Positions 19,345 through 29,292 of a DNA stretch of 64,000 bases are shown here, one piece after another. Both the position numbers and the translations under genes were made by a program. The notes under the pieces were generated by a model. It saw nothing but the letters and a program-made list of their open reading frames with translations. It was not told where the DNA came from and searched no databases. Within the stretch, counting starts at the first letter, position 1. Every line of letters begins with the position of its first letter. Source of the stretch: Candidatus Latescibacterota bacterium (GTDB taxonomy: Bacteria; Latescibacterota; UBA2968); NCBI GenBank assembly GCA_965204375.1, contig OZ241986.1, positions 2,368,001 to 2,432,000 of the forward strand, given 5' to 3'.

Positions 19345-20199
19345 TCAATGCGTCATCGCATACACCACGATATTAATACCCATCGGATACGCCTTGGGCG
19401 CGGAAAAATTCCGAAAATACTCGTAATTCTCGCCCTCGCGCTCCCAGCCATCGCCCAAATCTGTATTGTGCATCACCACCACCATCAACCGCCCGTCCCG
19501 ATCAAAAATGCCCTTGCAGTGCGCCTCAGAACCGTACTCGTCATAACGCCCTGCCCAGCCCTCATAAGTAATCCCCGTCGATTGCCAGTCCCAGAAACTC
19601 CCCAGACCCGGCACCTGCGGCACCTCCTTAATATCAAACACAATGTGAAACAACTCGTGATCCAGCGGAATATCCACCAGAGGAAATTCATCGGGTGGCA
19701 ACACCTGAGAAATCTCGTACTCCCAATTTCGCCACGCCTCATCCCCCCAGAAATCATCTACAAGCAAAAAGCCACCGCGCAACAAATAATCGCGCAACCC
19801 CTCCTGCTCGGACACACTCAAAGCCATCCGCCCCACTTCGAGCATATAAGTAAACGGATACTTAAACACCTCGGGATCATCGAGACGCACGACCACATGC
19901 TTAAACCGTCCGTCTTCTGTGCGATTGACATTGAGCGTTGTAATTTGAGACAAACGCAGTGAAAAATTCTCATCCGACTCGGGATAATCCACCGACCAAC
20001 TGCCCCGCCGTCGCCGATATCCCCAATCATCATCGCCCGTATAATTCGAATACTCGATACGACAGAACGTAAACGTATTGCCCGGAAAAATATCGCGCTC
20101 CATCCGCTCAATAGGACCTCGCCGTCTGCGACCAAACTGTGCATCGACATCCCACTCGGGCATCAACATCACCAACAAACACGCCAGTAGAATCCTCAT
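19345..20199 (-). CDS. DUF4159 domain secreted protein
   Basis: Signal peptide, FTFCRIEY, WSVDYP, YLLRGGFLLVDDFWG, NTDLGDGWE, GINIVVYAMTH. Confidence 0.9.
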   Translation of the reverse strand: MRILLACLLVMLMPEWDVDAQFGRRRRGPIERMERDIFPGNTFTFCRIEYSNYTGDDDWGYRRRRGSWSVDYPESDENFSLRLSQITTLNVNRTEDGRFKHVVVRLDDPEVFKYPFTYMLEVGRMALSVSEQEGLRDYLLRGGFLLVDDFWGDEAWRNWEYEISQVLPPDEFPLVDIPLDHELFHIVFDIKEVPQVPGLGSFWDWQSTGITYEGWAGRYDEYGSEAHCKGIFDRDGRLMVVVMHNTDLGDGWEREGENYEYFRNFSAPKAYPMGINIVVYAMTH

Positions 20200-20251
20200 T
20201 GCGAAATCTCCATCCAGCTTCCTGTCTCCAGTCCCCAACCCCTTATCTTTT

Positions 20252-20281
20252 ATCTGTGTTCATCTGCGTTCATCTGCGGAT
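20252..20281 (-). repeat. 10-bp x3 array (GAACGCAGAT family), copy 1
   Basis: ATCTGTGTTC ATCTGCGTTC ATCTGCGGAT; contains the stop codon of the TPR-peptidase gene. Confidence 0.85.
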
Positions 20282-22704
20282 ACTTTTGCATCCACCAATT
20301 CCAACAACAACTGTTGTGCATCCCAAAAATGCGGCATGGTTTCCAACAGCGCGAGCACCTCGGCTTTTGCGGCCACAACCTCGCCCTTTTTTGCGAGCGC
20401 CTCCGCCAGATTGAGCCGATGCTCGGCGCGTCCTGGTACATCCAGATAAATAAGCCGACGCCAATCCGCGATAGCCGCATCCCAGTCTTCCAGCATCTCG
20501 TGAACCTCGGCGCTTCGCGTCAGTATCTCAACCTGAAAAGGACGCACCGCCAATGCCCGGTCCAGCACTGCACGCGCAGCCGCCCAGTCTTTATCCTCCA
20601 CATACAATCCGCCCAATGCCAGACAGGCTTCATGCGCCATCGCATCCCATCCAACGAGCTTTTTTAATGCTCTGCGATACCACTCCGGATCACCGCGCAT
20701 AGCACCGGCATCCGCCCATAGCCGCAAAGGCGCATCCTCCGCTGCATAATCTGGATACAAATCATACGCCTCCAAAAAAAACCGCTCTACATCCGCCCAG
20801 TTCTCTGCCTCAACCGCCTTTTTCCCTGCATTTAATTTCTGGCGAAATTCCGAATTTTTGGACAGAGCCTTGAGGGGCGCGCATCGATTCCCCAGATACT
20901 CCATAAACCGCTCATCCATAATACGAGCAGAAACACCACTGGCCGAAATCAACGCCTCAACAGCCTCCATTCCATCACCAATGCGGCCGAGTGCCGTCAC
21001 CAGTGCATCGTGGCCGTAGTGATTTACGTAAAAAGCCACAAACTCGCCCGATACAAAATACCCATACATCAGATGCATCGGCGTTTCTGGATCGGTAAAA
21101 AACCGCCCGAGATCGCCTACAGCGGGAAACCCCTCGCCATCCACAATATGCTTAAATTCCGGCCCCAGTCGCTGCCCCCACGACACATCCTTTTGCGTCT
21201 CTTCATAGACCGAAATCCCCTCCGACAACCAGCGCGGCATGCGATTGTGGGTCTTTTGCAGCGTAATCACATGCACAAACTCGTGCCACAACACCTGTTG
21301 CCAGTTCATCGTACCGGGGGGCCGTGCCCGAGGAGAATCCATCGTGACCAACCGCCCAAAACAAATACCCAAATGCCCCGCATTGCCCGGCAGACCAACC
21401 GACCGCACCATAAACACATCGTGATCGTCAAACACCTGCACCACCACGGGCGTGTGCAATTCAATATTGTATTTTCTCTGATAGTACAAAGCCGCTTCAT
21501 TGAGCAACTTCAACAACTCATCGGCCATCACCTCGGCTTCTTGCCTGGGCAATTGCAACTTAAAAATACCGCGCGATATCGTATCAAAACCATCGATCGC
21601 ATCGGCAGCTTCGAGCAAATTATACGCCCGCACGCTATATGGATCGGCAGCAAAAACCTGCTCCAACTCGCTCCGCGCCTCGGCATCTTTGCCCAACCGC
21701 AACAAATCATACGCCAACAGCAGCCGCGCCTCGACATCTTTTGCATCAATTTCCAACGCTCGCGCTTGAAAAGCACGCCCTTCTTCAAACCGGTATTGCC
21801 GAGACGCAATGCGCCCAGGAATGCGAAAAGCACCTGAAAAATACCCATTAAAAGCCAATGCCCGTTCCTGTATCTCTTGCATCGACATAGAATCGTCCAA
21901 CAAAAAAAACGCCGCCGCCTTTAACCCCAGTGCTTTCAGGTGATTTGGATTAACAGACAGGATAGAATCCAGCACCTCAAGCGCATCACGTGGCGCGTTG
22001 CGATCCAGCAATTGCTCGGCTTGCAACCGCTGGACCTCTAAATGATTCGGATTGAGGGCGAGAAGTTGCGTCATCACCTCCAAAACCCGCTCATCGCCCG
22101 CGTGATAATAGCACCACATCAACCCCGCCAAAGCCTTCTGGTTCTCGGGATCCAACGCGAGCGCTGCACCGTATTTCTCTGCCGCCACATCAAAAGCGCG
22201 TTTATCCAGCGCCAGATTGCCCGCCGCAACCAGCACAGACGCGCTATTGGGAAAAACCTCAGCCATCAAATTGTAAAACCGCAACAGCGATTTTGGATCT
22301 TCGCCCTGTAACTCGCGCAGACGCGCAACTGCGATCAAATCATCGACATCAGGGCGATATTCCGACAACAAGCGCACCTGATTCTCGGCCTTCATCAATG
22401 CCAGACCATAATCGCCCATCCGACCGCGCAGGCGATACAACTCGGCCAATCGCACGGTCACATCGGGCGCACTTCCAACCCCTTCCAACTGCTCAATTGC
22501 ATCGTCAACACGACCCGTCAACACCAGCAATTCGGCATAATCCCGCCGCGTTGACCACGGGTGATAAGACGCGCGCTCGAGCACTTTCACCGCCTCGGCA
22601 TAATCGCCCCGCGCCCACAGTGTGCGATAATCCGTCTCCTGTGCAAAAACGCTCTCCGCGCTAAAGAGTATTGCGAAGATTAAAGATGTAATTTGAGAAC
22701 GCAT
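20260..22704 (-). CDS. Secreted TPR protein with peptidase MA-like zinc domain
   Basis: Signal peptide, many TPR helices, LWHEFVH (HExxH) followed by PRWLSEGISVYEE. Confidence 0.85.
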   Translation of the reverse strand: MRSQITSLIFAILFSAESVFAQETDYRTLWARGDYAEAVKVLERASYHPWSTRRDYAELLVLTGRVDDAIEQLEGVGSAPDVTVRLAELYRLRGRMGDYGLALMKAENQVRLLSEYRPDVDDLIAVARLRELQGEDPKSLLRFYNLMAEVFPNSASVLVAAGNLALDKRAFDVAAEKYGAALALDPENQKALAGLMWCYYHAGDERVLEVMTQLLALNPNHLEVQRLQAEQLLDRNAPRDALEVLDSILSVNPNHLKALGLKAAAFFLLDDSMSMQEIQERALAFNGYFSGAFRIPGRIASRQYRFEEGRAFQARALEIDAKDVEARLLLAYDLLRLGKDAEARSELEQVFAADPYSVRAYNLLEAADAIDGFDTISRGIFKLQLPRQEAEVMADELLKLLNEAALYYQRKYNIELHTPVVVQVFDDHDVFMVRSVGLPGNAGHLGICFGRLVTMDSPRARPPGTMNWQQVLWHEFVHVITLQKTHNRMPRWLSEGISVYEETQKDVSWGQRLGPEFKHIVDGEGFPAVGDLGRFFTDPETPMHLMYGYFVSGEFVAFYVNHYGHDALVTALGRIGDGMEAVEALISASGVSARIMDERFMEYLGNRCAPLKALSKNSEFRQKLNAGKKAVEAENWADVERFFLEAYDLYPDYAAEDAPLRLWADAGAMRGDPEWYRRALKKLVGWDAMAHEACLALGGLYVEDKDWAAARAVLDRALAVRPFQVEILTRSAEVHEMLEDWDAAIADWRRLIYLDVPGRAEHRLNLAEALAKKGEVVAAKAEVLALLETMPHFWDAQQLLLELVDAKVSADERR

Positions 22705-22801
22705 AATCAATGAGTAAAATTATTCCCTATTCAAAGGCATATTGAAGTGTTTTTTCCATATCAATTTTGACCTTGATATCATCTGGTTTGTTCCATCTCA
22801 G

Positions 22802-22836
22802 TGAACTGGTCTGGACTACGACCAGTTGTACACCGT
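22802..22836. repeat. 35-bp REP-like hairpin, copy 1
   Basis: TGAACTGGTC-TGGACTAC-GACCAGTT-GTACACCGT; second copy at 42521-42555. Confidence 0.7.
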
Positions 22837-22849
22837 CCCCCACTTCTTC

Positions 22850-23821
22850 TCACCTGTTATACGGAAAATGCCCCCCACGCACATTGCGCCACACCGCGTC
22901 ACAAGCCTTTAAGACATCCTCATCCAAACGCCCATCTGCAGCCTGAATATTATGCGTCAGGTGTTCCAACTTGCTCGCACCCAAAATCATCGAATCGACA
23001 ATTGACTGAGACATCAACCATTGTAAAGACAATTCAATCATCGTCTTGCCAGCAGAATGTGCAATCTGCTTCAATTCATCAAGCGCATCAAAATTGCGAT
23101 CATACCAGAACCTGCCGTAATAATCCCTATTCAAATCGAAACGCGTACCCACTGCCGGTTCGGTACCCCGCGTGTGTTTGCCCGTCAGCATACCTGCTGC
23201 AAGCGGATTATATACCGCCATTCCAATATTCATTTCACGGCTAAACGCAACGCACTCCTCATCGATACTCCGCGTAATCAAATTATAGGGCACCTGCAAC
23301 ACCACGGGCGATGCCCAATTGTTTACATCGCATTTCCAAAGCGCTTTCATCACCTGCCATGAAGCGAAATTCGACATCCCCACATATATAATCTTGCCCT
23401 GTTGTACCAATGTGTCAAACGCCGCCATCGTCTCTTCAAGAGGCGTATCCCAATCGGGCTTGTGCAAATAGAGAATATCCAGACAATCGGTCTGCAACCG
23501 CTTCAAACACGCTTCCACTCCCCGAATCACATGCCAGCGGTGCAACCCCTGATCCTTAATCTCGTCCTGTCCGACAAAATTGGCGATCTTGCTCGCCAAA
23601 ATCACCCGATCGCGTTTGCCCTTGAGTGCCTTACCCACAATTTCTTCGGACACACCATTGACATAAGTATCTGCCGTATCGATAAAATTCACACCGGCAT
23701 CCAGAGCCGTATCCACCATGCGAATAGACGTAGCCTCATCGGCCTGATCGCCAAATGTCATAGCTCCCAAACATATACGCGACACGCGAATACCCGTCCC
23801 TCTCAAAACGCGATACTCCAT
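22850..23821 (-). CDS. Aldo/keto reductase
   Basis: CLGAMTFG, FIDTADTY, SEEIVGKAL, LKRLQTD, YNPLAAGMLTGK. Confidence 0.95.
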   Translation of the reverse strand: MEYRVLRGTGIRVSRICLGAMTFGDQADEATSIRMVDTALDAGVNFIDTADTYVNGVSEEIVGKALKGKRDRVILASKIANFVGQDEIKDQGLHRWHVIRGVEACLKRLQTDCLDILYLHKPDWDTPLEETMAAFDTLVQQGKIIYVGMSNFASWQVMKALWKCDVNNWASPVVLQVPYNLITRSIDEECVAFSREMNIGMAVYNPLAAGMLTGKHTRGTEPAVGTRFDLNRDYYGRFWYDRNFDALDELKQIAHSAGKTMIELSLQWLMSQSIVDSMILGASKLEHLTHNIQAADGRLDEDVLKACDAVWRNVRGGHFPYNR

Positions 23822-23913
23822 CTCTCCTCCTAACTGTTGCTTGTGCAATGTTTTTTTTTATCTTTACCACTATCGCTATAACATAACACCGTTTCGTGAC
23901 TTCGCAATATACT

Positions 23914-24087
23914 ATGATCTGGCTCTTCATCTTCATTTTTATTGCATTTTGGGTCTATATGGGCATTGAACTCTACCTGTATTTCCGCAAACCCCAAAAT
24001 ACCGACAACTGGGACGACATGTCCGAATGGGCGTGGCGGCGCACAGTGCGCAAAGCCATTGACGAGATGTTAAAAGAGAAGCGGTAG
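23914..24087 (+). CDS. Small single-pass membrane protein, hypothetical
   Basis: Hydrophobic N-terminus MIWLFIFIFIAFWVYMGIELYLYF and charged tail; ends 12 bp before ctaA. Confidence 0.5.
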   Translation: MIWLFIFIFIAFWVYMGIELYLYFRKPQNTDNWDDMSEWAWRRTVRKAIDEMLKEKR

Positions 24088-24099
24088 TCAGCAGGTTTT

Positions 24100-25041
24100 A
24101 TGAACGCCTTCCAAAAAACCGCCATCACCACCCTCGTTGCGATCCTCTTGCTCATCGGCGTTGGCAGTCTCGTGCGCGTTTCAGGCGCGGGCCTGGGATG
24201 TCCCGACTGGCCCCGGTGCTGGGGCTGCTGGTTCCCACCCTCGAGTATTGACGACATTGACCGAGCCTATCTCGCAGAACGCGGGCTAAACATCGAAGAC
24301 TTCAACCCGGTCAAAATGTGGATCGAATACATCAACCGCCTCATCGGCATGATCATCGGCCTGCTGGTCATCGCTACCTTCTTGCACGCCATCACATATC
24401 GCACAACACACCCCGCCATCTTCTACGGCTCGCTCATTGCCGTCTTCCTCGTTGGCTTTGAAGGCTGGCTCGGCGGACAAGTCGTACAATCCGGCCTCAA
24501 ACCCGGCATGATCACCCTGCACATGGCAGGCGCAATGGTACTCTTATGCCTGTTGCTCTACGTCACATTTCGCGCCGTTGACATCCGCCTTCCGGTCACA
24601 TTGCCCTCCCCCAAAATGCTCGCCCACCTCTCTGCTCTGCTCTTCATCATCGTCTGTATTCAGATGCTACTCGGCACACAGGTGCGCGAAGCCATTGACC
24701 CCTACATCAAAAACAGCGCGGGCGTCGCTCGCAGTGCATGGATCGCCAATATTGGCCTTATGGATCACATCCACCGCTCATTCACCTGGGTAGTACTTGC
24801 CGTTGCCGCTTATCTCGTCTATATCATACGCAAAAATGCCATAGGAGGCTTGCTCAAAGTGAGCAGCCACCTCTCATTCGCACTCATCCTATTCCAGGCA
24901 GCCACTGGCATTGCCCTAACTTATGGCGGCCTACCCCGCGTTTTTCAAGTACTCCATCTCGTAACCTCGGCCCTGCTAATCTGCGCGGTCTATACCCTGT
25001 GGCTCACACTGAGAGCCACCAATACAAGGAGGTCTCCATGA
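24100..25041 (+). CDS. ctaA: Heme A synthase COX15/CtaA family
   Basis: GSLVRVSGAGLGCPDWPRC, EYINR, LGGQVV, TLHM, HIHR, VLHL; about 8 TM helices. Confidence 0.88.
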   Translation: MNAFQKTAITTLVAILLLIGVGSLVRVSGAGLGCPDWPRCWGCWFPPSSIDDIDRAYLAERGLNIEDFNPVKMWIEYINRLIGMIIGLLVIATFLHAITYRTTHPAIFYGSLIAVFLVGFEGWLGGQVVQSGLKPGMITLHMAGAMVLLCLLLYVTFRAVDIRLPVTLPSPKMLAHLSALLFIIVCIQMLLGTQVREAIDPYIKNSAGVARSAWIANIGLMDHIHRSFTWVVLAVAAYLVYIIRKNAIGGLLKVSSHLSFALILFQAATGIALTYGGLPRVFQVLHLVTSALLICAVYTLWLTLRATNTRRSP

Positions 25042-25997
25042 AAGTTTCCGTCTGGCACCGCGAACTCTCCGATTCGTATCTGCGATTTGTCACCCAACTC
25101 GGCGCTGACGCCCTCGATTTTGGGACTGATACGGACATTCCCGGCGTTGCAGAACAGGGGTATCCCGACCTGGATGAACTTCTAAAAATAAAGAAAAAGA
25201 TCCAGTCCTGGGGCTTGTCGATCAACCGCGTCAGCCTGCCCAATATCACGGAAAAATTTATGACCGATCAACCCGGCGGCGAAAAAGAACTCGAAAATAC
25301 AAGTACGGCACTGCGTATACTTGCCGAAGCAGGCGTACCCATTGCCCGACAGCGATTCTGGGGCGACACCTTTAACGAACTCATGTTTCGCTATCGATCT
25401 GAACACCGCGGCGGATACCTCTCGCGAGGCGAAAGTCAGGCATTGACCAAACCCGTGCCCGAAACACCCGACTACGAAGCCCTGCAAGACTGGTGGAAAC
25501 ACTTCTGCATCGTCTATGAAAACCTCGTGCCCATAGCCGAAGAAACCGGGATTAAACTCGCCATTCACCCGTCCGACACCCCCAATCCGGACACCCCGCT
25601 GGGCGGCCTGGGATTTCACCGCGTCATCGACGCCTTTCCCAGCGCGCAAGTGGGCTACCTCTACTGCTGCGGCACCCGCGCCGAAGCGGGCGGCTCTCCG
25701 CTCGTCCTCGACGAAATTAACAACTACGGCCGCAAAGGCCGCATCTTTATGGTACACTTCCGCAATGTGCGCGGCTCACTCGCCACAGCCCGCGGTTTTG
25801 AAGAAACCCTGCTCGACGACGGTGACATGAACATGTTTAAGCTCTTGCTGGAACTCGACCGCGTGGGCTTTGACGGCTGCCTGAATCCCGACCACATTCC
25901 CGGACTCGAAGGCGATAACGACCCCATCACTGGCGGACTGGCTTACTCCGTGGGCTACATCAAAGCCCTATTCGCCGCTCTCGCTGCCCTGCCGTGA
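25038..25997 (+). CDS. Mannonate dehydratase (UxuA)-like TIM barrel
   Basis: LVPIAEETGIKLAIHPSD, VHFRNVRG, FEETLLDDGDMNM, NPDHIP, AYSVGYIKAL; ATG 25038 follows AAGGAGG. Confidence 0.85.
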   Translation: MKVSVWHRELSDSYLRFVTQLGADALDFGTDTDIPGVAEQGYPDLDELLKIKKKIQSWGLSINRVSLPNITEKFMTDQPGGEKELENTSTALRILAEAGVPIARQRFWGDTFNELMFRYRSEHRGGYLSRGESQALTKPVPETPDYEALQDWWKHFCIVYENLVPIAEETGIKLAIHPSDTPNPDTPLGGLGFHRVIDAFPSAQVGYLYCCGTRAEAGGSPLVLDEINNYGRKGRIFMVHFRNVRGSLATARGFEETLLDDGDMNMFKLLLELDRVGFDGCLNPDHIPGLEGDNDPITGGLAYSVGYIKALFAALAALP

Positions 25998-25998
25998 T

Positions 25999-26104
25999 GA
26001 AGTGTGAAGTGTGAAGTGTGAAGTGTGAAGTGTGAGATGAAGCACCCGCCTTTGGAGTGGTGTTGGGTGGACTTCTAACTTCTTCCTTCTTACTTCTCAC
26101 TTCC
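25999..26104 (+). repeat. Heptamer-armed element, copy 1: (GAAGTGT)5 - core - (ACTTCTY)n
   Basis: Starts 1 bp after the stop codon; core AAGCACCCGCCTTTGGAGTGGTGTTGGGTGG; arms approximately complementary. Confidence 0.88.
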
Positions 26105-26133
26105 TTGACAACCCATAGGCGATTTGATATATT
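26105..26133 (+). promoter_or_regulatory. Sigma-70-type promoter of tRNA-Leu(CAG)
   Basis: TTGACA-17 bp-TATATT with extended -10 TGn. Confidence 0.78.
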
Positions 26134-26154
26134 TGCCTTCGCACTGGATCAGGT

Positions 26155-26241
26155 GCCGAAGTGATGGAATTGGTAGACGTGCGGCGTTCAGGGCGCCGTG
26201 GGCTTAGGCCCGTGTGGGTTCGAATCCCACCTTCGGCACCA
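26155..26241 (+). tRNA. tRNA-Leu(CAG)
   Basis: GCCGAAGTGATGGAATTGGTAGAC...CGGCG-TTCAGGG-CGCCG...GGTTCGAATCCCACCTTCGGCACCA. Confidence 0.96.
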
Positions 26242-26276
26242 TAAATTAAAAAGACAATCTCCTCACACAGCGACAC

Positions 26277-26312
26277 AAAGGATTATGCCGATTAGGTATA
26301 ATCCTTTTTTTC
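26277..26312 (+). terminator. Intrinsic terminator after tRNA-Leu
   Basis: AAAGGATTATGCC-GATTA-GGTATAATCC followed by a T run. Confidence 0.75.
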
Positions 26313-26360
26313 CTATCCATCTTGCGAAAACAAGATATGGTGGATAGAAAGACGATTGCC

Positions 26361-26630
26361 ATGAAAACATTCACAGTTGAATATCCCGAATCTGTCCTAA
26401 CAACATTGAAACTCAGCCCCGAATCCTTTGAAGAACGAGCGAGAGTCGCGATGGCGGTGAAGCTCTTTGAAACGGGTCATTTGACCTCTGGACAGGCCGC
26501 AAAATTGGCAGGTATATCCCGCGTGGAATTTATGTTGCGCTGTCGGGAATTTGGAACGCCAAGCGTCACCTGGGATAAGGAAGAGCTTGAAGCAGAATTT
26601 AATGTGAGTCACAACGGAGCGCGAGAGTGA
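26361..26630 (+). CDS. UPF0175 family protein (putative antitoxin)
   Basis: AMAVKLFETGHLTSGQAAKLAGISRVEF...EELEAE. Confidence 0.88.
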   Translation: MKTFTVEYPESVLTTLKLSPESFEERARVAMAVKLFETGHLTSGQAAKLAGISRVEFMLRCREFGTPSVTWDKEELEAEFNVSHNGARE

Positions 26631-27514
26631 TCAGTTACGGAGAAGGGGTTGCACTCGGGGCGTCACTGGTTTGGGCATCCACCAGCCTCGTCTTAAGAAC
26701 GCTATCTCAGCACCAACCATCGGCACTCATCACAGCCATCCGCTGTGGAATTTCCGGGCCTTTTTTCTGGATGCTACTACCTTTTGGTCCACCCCTATCC
26801 ACACTGGTCAACGTACCGCTACATGAATGGGGGCTTTTGATCGGCTCCGTTTTCATCGGCATAGTCATTGGCGATCAACTCTATTTACACGCCATGAAAG
26901 AAATTGGCGTATCGCGCACAATGGCACTGGTTGGCACCCTTCCGATTACCACGCTAATTTGGGAGCAATTACTGCTCGATGTACCTGTCACCCACACCTT
27001 TATTTTTGGATGTGTATTGGCTGCATCTGGCGTTATCTTACTTTCCCAACGACCGCGCCAAAATCGCACAGACACACAAGAACACCCCATCCGCCTCAAA
27101 CGCGGGATAGTCTTCGCACTCATCACAGCCCTGCTCTGGGGTTTGAGCACCACCATGCTCAAACCCGCGATGGCACATCTCACCAGTATCCAAGCCAACA
27201 GCGTGCGAATGCCGCTCGTAGCCCTGGCATTATTCGGTATTTGGCGACTCAATCAGGGACGCGGCAACCTGCGCGACATCGGATGGCGTACATTTGCCCT
27301 GATTGCTCTGACAGGACTTTTGGGCATGGGCTTCGGATCTTTCTTCTATGTCGAAGCCGTTCTGTTCATCGGCCCCGCCAAAACAGCAACACTGACAACG
27401 GCAACCCCCGTCCTTGCACTTATTCTGGCCGTAATCTTTCTGAAAGAACAAATTACACTCCGCCTCCTCACAGGCGTTGCGCTCTGCGTGACCGGCGTTC
27501 TGCTCGTACTTTGA
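26627..27514 (+). CDS. DMT/EamA family transporter
   Basis: Two EamA repeats, about 10 TM helices, LAVIFLKEQIT. Confidence 0.92.
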   Translation: MISYGEGVALGASLVWASTSLVLRTLSQHQPSALITAIRCGISGPFFWMLLPFGPPLSTLVNVPLHEWGLLIGSVFIGIVIGDQLYLHAMKEIGVSRTMALVGTLPITTLIWEQLLLDVPVTHTFIFGCVLAASGVILLSQRPRQNRTDTQEHPIRLKRGIVFALITALLWGLSTTMLKPAMAHLTSIQANSVRMPLVALALFGIWRLNQGRGNLRDIGWRTFALIALTGLLGMGFGSFFYVEAVLFIGPAKTATLTTATPVLALILAVIFLKEQITLRLLTGVALCVTGVLLVL

Positions 27515-27623
27515 CTCCTTCATTTAGGAGATTGCACAGTTGACAAAATTTAAGTGAGAATTACATTATGAAACCCTTCGGAAACCCAATGAACATACAC
27601 AACAGCCAAACACAGGAGTAACC

Positions 27624-28295
27624 ATGGACGGCATTCACGACATGGGTGGGATGCATGGATTTGGTCCCATAGAGCGCGAAGAAAACGAACCTTTATTTCA
27701 CCACCCCTGGGAAAGCCGAGTACTCGCCATCTCCGTAGCCACACCTGTACCGATTCCCGGAGGCTCCCGCAACAACATCGAAAACATGGACCCCGCGCAC
27801 TACCTCTCGTCCAGCTATTACGAAAAATGGCTGTATTCCCGTATCAAAGGACTGATCGACGCTGGCGTACTAACCCCGGAAGAAATGGAAACGCGGATGG
27901 CGCTCTTCCGCAACAATCCCAATGCCGAAACTCCTGTACATCCCGACCCCGATGCCGTCAGAGCGGAACTTAAGCGCTCTCGCCCTGCTACCCCACCCCA
28001 ACAGAAAATGGACATCCAGCCGCAATTTTCCAATGGCGACCGCGTAAAAGCGCGCAATATCCATCCCGAAGGCCACACCCGGCTTCCCCGATATGTAAGG
28101 GGTAAATACGGCACGATCACAAATTACTACGGCATCGACAACCTCCAGGACGCCGAACTGCCCACAGGGTATACAAACCGCCAGCAACCCTTATACGCCG
28201 TGCGCTTTGAAGCCTCGGAACTGTGGGGTAGTGCCGCCGAAACAAAAAGTGCCGTCTATCTGGATATGTGGGAAAGTTATCTGGAATCCGTTTAA
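27624..28295 (+). CDS. nthB: Nitrile hydratase beta subunit
   Basis: MDGIHDMGGMHGFGP, YYEKW, GHTRLPRYVRGK, LWG...DMWESYL. Confidence 0.96.
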   Translation: MDGIHDMGGMHGFGPIEREENEPLFHHPWESRVLAISVATPVPIPGGSRNNIENMDPAHYLSSSYYEKWLYSRIKGLIDAGVLTPEEMETRMALFRNNPNAETPVHPDPDAVRAELKRSRPATPPQQKMDIQPQFSNGDRVKARNIHPEGHTRLPRYVRGKYGTITNYYGIDNLQDAELPTGYTNRQQPLYAVRFEASELWGSAAETKSAVYLDMWESYLESV

Positions 28296-28323
28296 CCATC
28301 CCTAAGCACAAAAGGATTCTTTT

Positions 28324-28914
28324 ATGAACACCGCCGAGACTGATGCAGCCCTGCGCACCAGAGCGCTCGAATCGCTCCTGATCGAAAAGGGATTGATTAC
28401 AGAGGACATAATAGACGAAGTCGTAGAAAAATACGAAAAAGACGTAGGTCCCCTCAACGGTGCCAGAGTGGTTGCCCGCGCCTGGACCGATCCGGACTAC
28501 AAGCAACGGCTGCTTGAAGATGGCAGAGCGGCGATTGCCGAACTGGGTTTTGACAGCGCGCATGGTGCCAAAATCGTCGTAATGGAAAACACCCCAGGCG
28601 TTCACCACCTCGTCGTCTGCACCCTTTGCTCCTGTTATCCCTGGTCCGTACTCGGCTTGCCCCCAAACTGGTACAAATCCTACGCGTACCGCTCCCGAGC
28701 CGTGCGAGAGCCAAGAGCCGTCTTGCAGGAATTTGAACTCGACTTACCCGATACCGTAGAAATCCGCGTCTGGGACAGCAACTCGGACCTCCGCTACATG
28801 GTCCTGCCCGAACGCCCTGCTGGCACAGAAGGCTACACCGAAGAACAACTCATTCCACTTGTCACGCGCGACTCAATGATCGGCGTCGCCAAAATCGAAT
28901 CGCCCGCAAAGTGA
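28324..28914 (+). CDS. nthA: Nitrile hydratase alpha subunit, cobalt type
   Basis: [10 protein letters not shown] (Thr/Tyr signature of Co-type), [27 protein letters not shown]. Confidence 0.97.
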   Translation: MNTAETDAALRTRALESLLIEKGLITEDIIDEVVEKYEKDVGPLNGARVVARAWTDPDYKQRLLEDGRAAIAELGFDSAHGAKIVVMENTPGVHHLVVCTLCSCYPWSVLGLPPNWYKSYAYRSRAVREPRAVLQEFELDLPDTVEIRVWDSNSDLRYMVLPERPAGTEGYTEEQLIPLVTRDSMIGVAKIESPAK

Positions 28915-28921
28915 GGCCAGC

Positions 28922-29272
28922 ATGACGCAAAAAACCGATAAAAACATCACCACTATGGAAGCGCGAATCGCCCTGCCCAGAGAAAATGGAGAACTCGTTT
29001 TTCAGGCACCCTGGGAAGCGCGCGCTTTCGGCCTTGCCGTTGCACTCAACGAAAAAGACCTCTACAAATGGCAGGAGTTCAGCTCCCAATTGGCTTCGGA
29101 AATCGCGGCAGCAGAACAAAACAACACCCCATCAAGCTACTATGCCCGATGGGTCGCCTCCCTCGAAGAATTGATCATTGCCCAGGGCTTAATCAGCCGG
29201 AAACAACTGGACGCCAGAATAGCGGAATACGCCTCTGGCATTCACGACGATCACGATCATCACGACCACTAA
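28922..29272 (+). CDS. Nitrile hydratase accessory/activator protein (P14K-like)
   Basis: VFQAPWEARAFGLAVAL, YYARWVASLE; His-rich tail HDDHDHHDH. Confidence 0.92.
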   Translation: MTQKTDKNITTMEARIALPRENGELVFQAPWEARAFGLAVALNEKDLYKWQEFSSQLASEIAAAEQNNTPSSYYARWVASLEELIIAQGLISRKQLDARIAEYASGIHDDHDHHDH

Positions 29273-29292
29273 AATTTACGACAGAAAAACAG

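Noticed and set aside
24738-25037. N-terminal 100 aa of the 419-aa ORF
   Set aside because: Overlaps ctaA in another frame; the better start is ATG 25038 after AAGGAGG.
25999-26104. Tandem arrays as a CRISPR or other guide-RNA array
   Set aside because: Units are 7-10 bp and contiguous with no unique spacers; no cas-like genes in the window.
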